Positions 29,197 through 36,069 of a stretch of DNA of 64,000 nt are shown piece after piece. A program made the translations under genes and the position numbers. The notes below the pieces were generated by a model. It was not told the origin of the DNA. It did no database searches and saw nothing but the letters and a program-made list of their open reading frames with translations. Every line of letters begins with the position of its first letter. The first letter of the stretch is position 1. The DNA comes from an uncultured Candidatus Saccharibacteria bacterium (GTDB lineage: Bacteria; Patescibacteriota; Minisyncoccia; Phycocordibacterales; UBA6065): assembly GCA_964495425.1 (NCBI GenBank), contig CAZBVG010000001.1:20054-84053 (forward strand). The letters are read 5' to 3'.

Positions 29197-29230
29197 TTCG
29201 GTTTCCGAGAGTTTGACCTTAAAACTCTCG

Positions 29231-29301
29231 ATCTTAATGCGGCTCTGTCAGATATATTTCTGACAGATCGGTTCCAAGCCCGAAACAACGCAGAGGAGGA
29301 T
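29231..29301 (+). ncRNA. twister ribozyme (type P1, with P3)
   Basis: U/AA-UGCG-GC, P3 UCUGUCAGA/UCUGACAGA, P4 UCGG-UUCCAAGC-CCGA, P2 partner CGCA, GAGG, P1 AUCUU/AGGAU; predicted cleavage 29235/29236. Confidence 0.9.
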
Positions 29302-29312
29302 TGCTCCTTACA

Positions 29313-29588
29313 ATGGAAATATGTGTTTGCGAGACGACGAAGGAGTTAGGCGAAAAAACTTCTAAGGCCTTCTGTATCAATGGTCCTGTAATTTGTTTCG
29401 CCAAAAACTATGAGCATGCCGTCGCAATAAAGACAAAGGAGAGAAGCTCTGGTGTATACATGGTTATTTTCACCGTGGATCCAGAAGCAAAGAAGAGGCT
29501 TGCTGCAAGATCTCGTCGAGTGAGGATTTATGGCTTCTTGCTTATCATCTCTTTTATCATTATTTCGCTGATTGTGTGTGTCAGATAG
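29313..29588 (+). CDS. small hypothetical protein with C-terminal TM helix
   Basis: ORF directly after twister 1; hydrophobic C-terminus. Confidence 0.6.
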   Translation: MEICVCETTKELGEKTSKAFCINGPVICFAKNYEHAVAIKTKERSSGVYMVIFTVDPEAKKRLAARSRRVRIYGFLLIISFIIISLIVCVR

Positions 29589-29645
29589 TCGGCGCGCGCA
29601 AATCGTCCCGTCGAAACGGTTTGAAAGTTTGTCCATAAAACTTTC

Positions 29646-29716
29646 ATCTTAATGCAGCTTCATTCGATATATTTCGAGTGGATCGGTTCCAAGCCCGAAA
29701 CAATGCAGAGGAGGAT
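29646..29716 (+). ncRNA. twister ribozyme (type P1, with P3)
   Basis: U/AA-UGCA-GC, P3 UUCAUUCGA/UCGAGUGGA, P4 UCGG-UUCCAAGC-CCGA, P2 partner UGCA, GAGG; P2 and P3 covary with copy 1; predicted cleavage 29650/29651. Confidence 0.9.
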
Positions 29717-29728
29717 TGCTCTTTAACA
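29717..29728 (+). promoter_or_regulatory. boxA antitermination element
   Basis: Exact TGCTCTTTAACA (rrn boxA consensus) overlapping the start codon. Confidence 0.65.
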
Positions 29729-30051
29729 TGAAAGAACTATATGTATTCCTGATGCTTCTTTGTGCATTCATCATTATCCGGGTCATCGTTCGGATCATAG
29801 CAAGATCAGACGAGACGCCTCGATCGGTGGGAAAACGGCATGAAAAAGATGCCAAGAAAACAGAGCTTATCCTCCACGAGAAAAAAGTGCTCATCTTTCA
29901 GCGTGATGCAAGCTACTTTTCTCCGAAGACGGATGATGTCGTCGAAGTGCGATTCGGGAGGCATCTGATCCGAAACTACCCTGATTACACTTCGAAGCAC
30001 CAAGACACCCGCTATGTAGTTCGTGCTTCATCTCCCGTAGGGTATGTATGA
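29728..30051 (+). CDS. small hypothetical protein with N-terminal TM helix
   Basis: ORF directly after twister 2. Confidence 0.6.
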   Translation: MKELYVFLMLLCAFIIIRVIVRIIARSDETPRSVGKRHEKDAKKTELILHEKKVLIFQRDASYFSPKTDDVVEVRFGRHLIRNYPDYTSKHQDTRYVVRASSPVGYV

Positions 30052-30066
30052 AGAGGCGCATAGATA

Positions 30067-30095
30067 TTGACGGATATGTATATCTATGTTATTAT
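30067..30095 (+). promoter_or_regulatory. sigma70 promoter upstream of the hammerhead cassette
   Basis: TTGACG-17 nt-TATTAT with extended -10 TG; overlapped by inverted repeat CATAGATAT/ATATCTATG. Confidence 0.6.
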
Positions 30096-30122
30096 CGGTT
30101 TAGGTATTTGTCCATAAAATAC

Positions 30123-30176
30123 CTCTGTATCGGAATGTGTTATTCCGACTGATGATTCCGAAAGGATGAAACAGGG
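30123..30176 (+). ncRNA. type III hammerhead ribozyme
   Basis: Stem III CUCUGU/ACAGGG, GUA cleavage triplet (after 30129), stem I UCGGAAU/AUUCCGA, CUGAUGA core, stem II UCC-GAAA-GGA, GAAA core; atypical U-U at 10.1/11.1. Confidence 0.82.
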
Positions 30177-30210
30177 CTCTTTAACGTCAACAATCAACAA
30201 AGGATATACC

Positions 30211-30624
30211 ATGCCAGATACACTCACGGTCGATAAGATTCTCGATCGTCATCAAACACTGACCATCGCGGGCTTTTGGGAAATGTTGCAGCGAAACCTC
30301 ACCGAGGCAGAACTGCGATATTTCGATGCCCTCGACATGTCCCGCTCACCCTTCGAGGGTGTGGCCGCCCAGGCCGTGATCGACAAGGTCAAGGAATGGG
30401 CGAAGGAATCCCGAACGGCGATCGAAATCGTCGATTCCACCTCGGGTAAGTTAGTCCTGAAAGCAGTGATCCAATGGGACGCCTTTCTGGAGGACCTTGA
30501 ACTGCCGGAAGGGCTCGAAGTTCGTAAGATCGCCATGACCGACGAACTCTCCAACCAAGATGTCGTAACCATCAACCAGGTGGAAGCGGCTATTGGCAAA
30601 GCGTGTTCCGCTCCAGTTTCTTGA
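30211..30624 (+). CDS. hypothetical protein
   Basis: ATG preceded by AAAGGA; followed by terminator. Confidence 0.7.
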   Translation: MPDTLTVDKILDRHQTLTIAGFWEMLQRNLTEAELRYFDALDMSRSPFEGVAAQAVIDKVKEWAKESRTAIEIVDSTSGKLVLKAVIQWDAFLEDLELPEGLEVRKIAMTDELSNQDVVTINQVEAAIGKACSAPVS

Positions 30625-30647
30625 GAGTCTGGCTAAATACTCTCTAC

Positions 30648-30668
30648 AACCCGCATTCGTGCGGGTTT
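30648..30668 (+). terminator. intrinsic terminator
   Basis: AACCCGCA-ttcg-TGCGGGTT then T-rich tail. Confidence 0.7.
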
Positions 30669-30686
30669 AGTTTTGGAAAAAACCGT

Positions 30687-30789
30687 CTTGGAATCGAACC
30701 AGTGCGAATATCGAAAATCTCCTTTACTTCAAAGGTATTTTCTTGAAAACTAATTTTAACTACTTTTCGATGGGTCTTGGTATCGAACC
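30687..30789. repeat. two att-like copies of the tRNA-Gln T-arm
   Basis: CTTGGAATCGAACCA (30687-30701) is identical to 30862-30876; CTTGGTATCGAACC (30776-30789) has one mismatch. Confidence 0.75.
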
Positions 30790-30850
30790 GACATGTTCAA
30801 AATACCTTTTAAAATCAACCCATCTTGAGCGATATAAACTACGCTCGACT

Positions 30851-30924
30851 TGGTTGCCGGACTTGGAATCGAACCAAAATTTTCGCTTTCAGAGAGCGAC
30901 GTCCTACCTTTAGACGATCCGGCA
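30851..30924 (-). tRNA. tRNA-Gln(CTG)
   Basis: Acceptor TGCCGGA/TCCGGCA, anticodon arm TCGCT-CT-CTG-AA-AGCGA, GGTTCGATTCC, encoded CCA. Confidence 0.95.
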
Positions 30925-31023
30925 ATGTGTAAGCAAATTATCACATTATTTGCTGAAAAACAAAGGCGTTTTCCCTTGACCTTGTATTGACCCGGAGTAC
31001 GATAATACACAAACAGTACCTCC

Positions 31024-31341
31024 ATGCCACTTATCATACGCGATCAACTTGTCACTCCCCCGACATGGTTTGCATCGTTTCGAGATCTTACTCTCTATTG
31101 CCACTGTTTTCTGCGTGCAGAGATACTCATCGAAGCAGAAAATCCTGATCCATACTGGAAATGGATGCGGGCCCGAGGCGGAATGGATTTCGTTAAGGAT
31201 TTTATTCGGCCGGGATCCGAAGATGGAGTGCGACTCGATGTCGAACCGAACTACCCTCGAACCATTGTGACCGATCGAATCGCACCAGAAAATATTCACC
31301 GCCTAATTGCACAGGTGCGATTCTGCGGAAAACTCACCTAA
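31024..31341 (+). CDS. hypothetical protein
   Basis: 105-aa ORF with upstream TTGACC/GATAAT promoter-like elements and downstream hairpin. Confidence 0.7.
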   Translation: MPLIIRDQLVTPPTWFASFRDLTLYCHCFLRAEILIEAENPDPYWKWMRARGGMDFVKDFIRPGSEDGVRLDVEPNYPRTIVTDRIAPENIHRLIAQVRFCGKLT

Positions 31342-31406
31342 CAAACTGCACACGTGTGCAGTTTTTTATATAAAAAAGCTGCGATTTCTCGCAGCTTGCA
31401 CCTGTC

Positions 31407-31964
31407 CTACGAAGCGAACAGGCTCAGTCGGCCCCTGAGAAGGGCCAATCCGATGAGTCCAAGGCCGAGCATCACGACACTCGATCCGCCGTCCGGGACT
31501 CCTTGCGCCACGGTTGTCGAAGAGAACGAAAATACTCCGTCGGCCGGTTGTCCTTGAGTTGAAAAGAACCACTCGCCGGGGGTACTGTCGAACCCATTTC
31601 CATACAAGGTGCCCATTCCTTTAACACTCAGGAACGAGCCACTTTGGAATTCAACCGCCGATGTAAGCAGATCGAGGGTAAAACCCCCAACCGTCCACAT
31701 GCCGAGCATCCCTGAATTGAACATCCAGGGTGCGCCCATCGTTACGGAATTACCCGGATTGATGGTGCTATCGAGGGCAGAACCGACGGAGACACTGGTC
31801 ACCGTAACATTGTTCCAACCCGTCACTCCAGTCGCCGTAGCAAGCGGACCGTTAAGGACCGCTCCGCCTGACAGGTTGAGAGTCCCGGTAATCGGGACAG
31901 CCTCCACCAGAAGCGGCAGCGTGCAGAGCACAGCCGCCGCGATGATACGATACAGTTTCTTCAT
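31407..31964 (-). CDS. secreted protein with PEP-CTERM-like (VPDSG-CTERM) sorting signal
   Basis: Signal peptide, A-VPITG mature start, C-terminal VPDGGSS + TM helix + basic residues. Confidence 0.85.
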   Translation of the reverse strand: MKKLYRIIAAAVLCTLPLLVEAVPITGTLNLSGGAVLNGPLATATGVTGWNNVTVTSVSVGSALDSTINPGNSVTMGAPWMFNSGMLGMWTVGGFTLDLLTSAVEFQSGSFLSVKGMGTLYGNGFDSTPGEWFFSTQGQPADGVFSFSSTTVAQGVPDGGSSVVMLGLGLIGLALLRGRLSLFAS

Positions 31965-32097
31965 TGAGTACCTTTTCTGACGTTGCTGACGTTCACGTGA
32001 ATGGATCTTTACACCCTTTGCAAGGTTACAAAGAGCATAGCAATCCGGGTCGCATATTACGTTCGATTGAGCATAAAGTCAATACTTAGGCCAGAAA

Positions 32098-32125
32098 AAG
32101 CCGCGAACCGTAAGGTTCGCGGCTT
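32098..32125 (-). terminator. intrinsic terminator
   Basis: AAGCCGCGAACC-gtaa-GGTTCGCGGCTT. Confidence 0.7.
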
Positions 32126-32138
32126 CCCTTTTTAAAAA

Positions 32139-32519
32139 CTATACCTTGAAATGCGACGCATACTTGCCCACAAGCGGAAGTTCTTTTTCTTTTCCTCCAA
32201 CTGCATTAACAATACCGACAATTGAGAGAATGAGCACCCCGAGCTGAGCCAAATTAATGATTGGCCAAAGGATCCAAAGCACCATGCTCAAGAAATACAA
32301 CGCTACCTCAATCACAAGAAGCACGAGACCTTGCTTTATGTGGTACTTCACAAACAAATCATCCTTAGCAACAAGTAAAGAAACAATTACAAGAGGACCA
32401 ATATATGAGAGAACCGCCATAAGCGTATTCTTTTCTGGACCAGATGTTGGTTGCGATTGCGAAGTTGTGTTTGACGCCTCAGGAGCCTGGCCGCCGTTTT
32501 GTGTAGTATTCATTGTCAT
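32139..32519 (-). CDS. DUF4870/Tic20-like membrane protein
   Basis: MAVLSY, FVKYHIKQG, GIVNA..G.EKELPLVG. Confidence 0.85.
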   Translation of the reverse strand: MTMNTTQNGGQAPEASNTTSQSQPTSGPEKNTLMAVLSYIGPLVIVSLLVAKDDLFVKYHIKQGLVLLVIEVALYFLSMVLWILWPIINLAQLGVLILSIVGIVNAVGGKEKELPLVGKYASHFKV

Positions 32520-32662
32520 ATTACTTAATTAATGTATGACACATATATTCATATTAAATAGAAAAATGTGCAAGCATTAGGTTGTCCCCTTTCGTAATAA
32601 GGTACCGCGTGTTTTCGTTATATACTTAACCCGAAACACTATTAGCAATTTTAGCTTGGGTT

Positions 32663-35476
32663 ATGTCAAAAAATAAATACGTTCTGCTTGGTTTCTCTGC
32701 GGCTATCGCACTCGCAATTGTAGGATACGGCACATGGAAAGGATCTCTAGTGATGCCGTCACTACATATCAACAACTCTGCTGCAGTCGGCCAAACACCG
32801 TCTTTTGGTAGATCTCGTGGAGAATTTCCACGCATGCAACTCTCGCGAGATACACGAGGAGAAGAAATTGTCAGAGAATGGGGTGATAAATTACCCGAAG
32901 TTGCTCGATGGTATCAAGTATCTGAAGGCGAACTCAAGGAAAAAGTAAAGGATCGCACCCTCCATGCAGACAAACAGGGTCGACTCTATTACGTTGAACA
33001 AGAGACTATTGGAGTGCAAAATGCAGTAGGTGTGACCGCAAGCGCTTTAACCGCGGGTGGTTTCCAACCACTTGAACAGACTTTTGCTCTCCATAGCAAA
33101 CCAGGTTCATCAAAAACTCTCTATCTTGATTTCAATGGCCATCTTTTCCTCGCCGGAAAATCAATTTGGATTTCAACCGACTTTAATGCTCCTGCATTTG
33201 ATCTTGATGGTAGTCCAACCACCTTTAACGATAATGAAAGACAAATCATCCAAAATGTCTGGCTCAGAGTTGCGGAAGACTATGCACCGTTTGATATCGA
33301 TGTGACCACAGAAGAACCTACCCAAGCACAGCTCGAGCGATCTTCGACATCTGATACCATATTCGGTAATCGTGTTCTCTTCACCCCATCGTCAGGAACT
33401 TTTAGCCCAGGATCTGGAGGTGTTTCCTACGTCAGTGTCTTCGATGACATTGGCGAAACAACCAAAATTGCTCTTGTTTTCCCTGAAAACCTTGGCTACT
33501 ACGACAAATATATAGCAGATGCCGCTTCGCACGAAGCGGGTCACTCTCTTGGACTTTGGCATGATGGCCAGACTAATGTTACCGATTATTATTCAGGTCA
33601 CGCGGGTTGGGCGCCAATCATGGGTCTTTCGTACTACGGAAATATTACTCAGTGGTCAAAAGGAGAATATTCGGGTGCTAACAATACGCAAGATGATCTT
33701 CAGACCATTATCTCAACTGGCCTAGCATACCGAGCAGATGATTACGGAAACTCAATATCGACCGCTGGCTCTATCGCAGTTTCAAACAATTCAATTTCAG
33801 CAAGTGGACTTATTGAACGAAATACAGATGTCGATTATTTTAAATTCAACACAAGTGGCGGTGACATTGCGATAAATATCAATGTTGCGTACCTTGGTGC
33901 AAACCTCGATGTTCTTGCAAATCTGTACAATGCATCAGGTGGCATCATCGCAACAAATGATTCAGCGGGACTCCCAGCTACTATCACAGCCAACATCCCT
34001 GCCGGTACGTATTACCTAGCAATCAAAGGCACGGGTATGGGGACAGCATCAACCGGCTATACCAATTATGGAAGCCTTGGTCAGTACTACATCACCGGCA
34101 CAATTCCAAGCGGTACTACTAATAACGCGCCGACTGCGGTCATATCAGCTAACCCAAGCGCAGGCACACCACCTCTCGCTGTTTCATTCTCAAGTAGCGG
34201 CTCTTATGACCCAGAAGGAAGCGCACTCACCTATGCATGGAATTTTGGAGATAACACGTCATCAACTGAACCGAATCCTACAAAAACATACTCTGCTGGT
34301 GGCACATACACAGCAACGCTTACCGTAACTGACGCAGCAAACCTTTCTTCATCAAATTCAATTCAGATTGTTGTAAGCAGCCAATCCCCTACCGCTTCAT
34401 TTACCACAAACACAGCTTCAAATGTTGTACCAATGACAGTTGCATTCGATGCATCAAGCTCTTCGGATCCTGACGGAACAATCACATCATATGCCTGGGA
34501 TTTTGGTGACGGTACTACAGATCAAGGCACAACTATTAATCATACCTACACAAAGAGCGGCAAATACACCGCCCGACTTACAGTCACTGATAATCAAGGC
34601 CTCAGTGCATCTAAGAGCATTTCACTTACCGCAAATGATCCAGTAGGCAACCAACCTCCTGTTGCAAATATCACTACAAACACCACGTCAGGAAATGTTC
34701 CTCTTGTTGTTACATTCTCTGGTGCGAATTCTTCTGATGTTGATGGTTCAATTGTCTCGTATGCATGGACATTCGGAGATGGAACAGCTGGTACAGATTC
34801 AGTCGTAAGCCACACATATAGTATTGCTGGATCTTATACCGCTACCCTCACAGTTACTGATGACAAAGGCGCAACAGCCTCACGATCAGTAACTATAACT
34901 GTGAAAAGCACTGTCACTACCAATAAAGCGCCGATCGCTTCATTCACCGCAAATTACACGACAAATCTCATTCCAATGACCGTCGCTCTCGACGCGGGAG
35001 GCTCTACTGATAGCGATGGTTCAATCGTTTCGTACGCCTGGAACTTTGGCGACGGAACAACTGGCACCGGGGTCAATACAAGCAAGACTTACTCAGCAGC
35101 AGGAACATACACCATCAGACTCACGGTAACCGATGATAAAGGTGCCGTTACCTCAAAAACAACATCGGTCACGGCGATCGATGGATCAATCGTTAAAGCC
35201 CCTACCCGACTCAATGAGTCAGTAAATGGAAAACAGGCGTCGCTTACATGGACAGACAATTCGTCTAACGAGACTAATTTCGTTATCGAACGAGGTCAGA
35301 AATCTTCAAAATGGGGATCAATAACTTTCACTGAAGTGGCTCGAGTAGGTGCAAACGTAACCAAGTTTTCCGAAACACTTTCGACAGGAACATATTACTA
35401 TCGTGTGAAAGCAATCAATACGAATACCGGCATTCAATCTGCATACACAAGTACCGTAAATATTCGCATCCGCTAG
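32663..35476 (+). CDS. secreted zinc metalloprotease with PPC, four PKD and FN3 domains
   Basis: HEAGHSLGLWH metzincin motif, PIMG Met-turn, DVDYFKF, four Y.W.FGD..T repeats, WTDNS.NE..YYYRV. Confidence 0.9.
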   Translation: MSKNKYVLLGFSAAIALAIVGYGTWKGSLVMPSLHINNSAAVGQTPSFGRSRGEFPRMQLSRDTRGEEIVREWGDKLPEVARWYQVSEGELKEKVKDRTLHADKQGRLYYVEQETIGVQNAVGVTASALTAGGFQPLEQTFALHSKPGSSKTLYLDFNGHLFLAGKSIWISTDFNAPAFDLDGSPTTFNDNERQIIQNVWLRVAEDYAPFDIDVTTEEPTQAQLERSSTSDTIFGNRVLFTPSSGTFSPGSGGVSYVSVFDDIGETTKIALVFPENLGYYDKYIADAASHEAGHSLGLWHDGQTNVTDYYSGHAGWAPIMGLSYYGNITQWSKGEYSGANNTQDDLQTIISTGLAYRADDYGNSISTAGSIAVSNNSISASGLIERNTDVDYFKFNTSGGDIAININVAYLGANLDVLANLYNASGGIIATNDSAGLPATITANIPAGTYYLAIKGTGMGTASTGYTNYGSLGQYYITGTIPSGTTNNAPTAVISANPSAGTPPLAVSFSSSGSYDPEGSALTYAWNFGDNTSSTEPNPTKTYSAGGTYTATLTVTDAANLSSSNSIQIVVSSQSPTASFTTNTASNVVPMTVAFDASSSSDPDGTITSYAWDFGDGTTDQGTTINHTYTKSGKYTARLTVTDNQGLSASKSISLTANDPVGNQPPVANITTNTTSGNVPLVVTFSGANSSDVDGSIVSYAWTFGDGTAGTDSVVSHTYSIAGSYTATLTVTDDKGATASRSVTITVKSTVTTNKAPIASFTANYTTNLIPMTVALDAGGSTDSDGSIVSYAWNFGDGTTGTGVNTSKTYSAAGTYTIRLTVTDDKGAVTSKTTSVTAIDGSIVKAPTRLNESVNGKQASLTWTDNSSNETNFVIERGQKSSKWGSITFTEVARVGANVTKFSETLSTGTYYYRVKAINTNTGIQSAYTSTVNIRIR

Positions 35477-35484
35477 CTAAAGCC

Positions 35485-35515
35485 TAAAATCCCCAGGTTT
35501 CCCCTGGGGATTTTA
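35485..35515 (+). terminator. intrinsic terminator
   Basis: TAAAATCCCCAGG-tttcc-CCTGGGGATTTTA. Confidence 0.7.
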
Positions 35516-35537
35516 CGTACCGGTAAGAAAGTGGTGT

Positions 35538-36068
35538 ATGATACGTCTTATACATATGGATACCAACTCTCTCAAAAAGAGCTTTGTAGAGACCCATGCA
35601 GCGCATTCAGACGCTATATTTCGCTACTGTCTTTGGAAGACTTCCGATCGCGAAATTGCTCTCGATATAACTCAAGATACTTTCATGCGTTTTTGGGATG
35701 AACTTTCTAAAGGTGAACGAGTGGATAATGCTCGTGCCCTTCTTTATACAATCGCTCGCCGCCTCGTCATCGATCATTACCGAAAAAAGAAAACCGAATC
35801 GCTTGATTCAAAACAAGGTTCGGATGATCCTTTCGACATTCCGGACGAAAGCTCACTTGAATCATTCGAACATGGCACAGAAGCTCGAATCATCGTCGAA
35901 AAGATGGGCGCGCTAGATCCGGTATATAAACAGCCGGTCTATCTTCGATTCGTAGAAGGACTTTCTCCAAAGGAGATCGCGCAAGTGCTTTCCATTACTC
36001 CCAACTTGGCTTCAGTGCGAATCGACCGAGGTATGAAGGAGCTGCGAAAGTTGATTGATCCACAATAA
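35538..36068 (+). CDS. ECF sigma factor
   Basis: DITQDTF, LYTIARRLVIDHYRK, region 4 GLSPKEIA. Confidence 0.9.
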   Translation: MIRLIHMDTNSLKKSFVETHAAHSDAIFRYCLWKTSDREIALDITQDTFMRFWDELSKGERVDNARALLYTIARRLVIDHYRKKKTESLDSKQGSDDPFDIPDESSLESFEHGTEARIIVEKMGALDPVYKQPVYLRFVEGLSPKEIAQVLSITPNLASVRIDRGMKELRKLIDPQ

Positions 36069-36069
36069 C

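Larger units (their letters stand above)
20091..30850. mobile_element. genomic island / decayed phage-like integrative element at tRNA-Gln (boundaries approximate)
   Basis: Large serine recombinase, terminase subunits, ParB-methylase, many hypotheticals; tRNA T-arm duplicates at 30687 and 30776 and a degenerate tRNA-3'-like sequence at 20091-20115. Confidence 0.7.

Noticed and set aside
29266-29721. ~40-bp direct repeat considered as a CRISPR array
   Set aside because: Only two copies about 415 bp apart with a gene between; explained as twister 3' halves; no cas genes.
29206-30124. Cassette hairpins considered as integron attC sites
   Set aside because: No RYYYAAC/GTTRRRY boxes, too short, and no integron integrase in the window.
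32101-32122. CGAACC..GGTTCG considered as a second LexA box
   Set aside because: Spacing is N6, and it forms a GTAA-loop terminator hairpin downstream of a gene.
34120-35180. Repeated sequence blocks in the large protease gene
   Set aside because: Diverged PKD domain repeats; no adenine-specific variation and no reverse transcriptase, so not a DGR.
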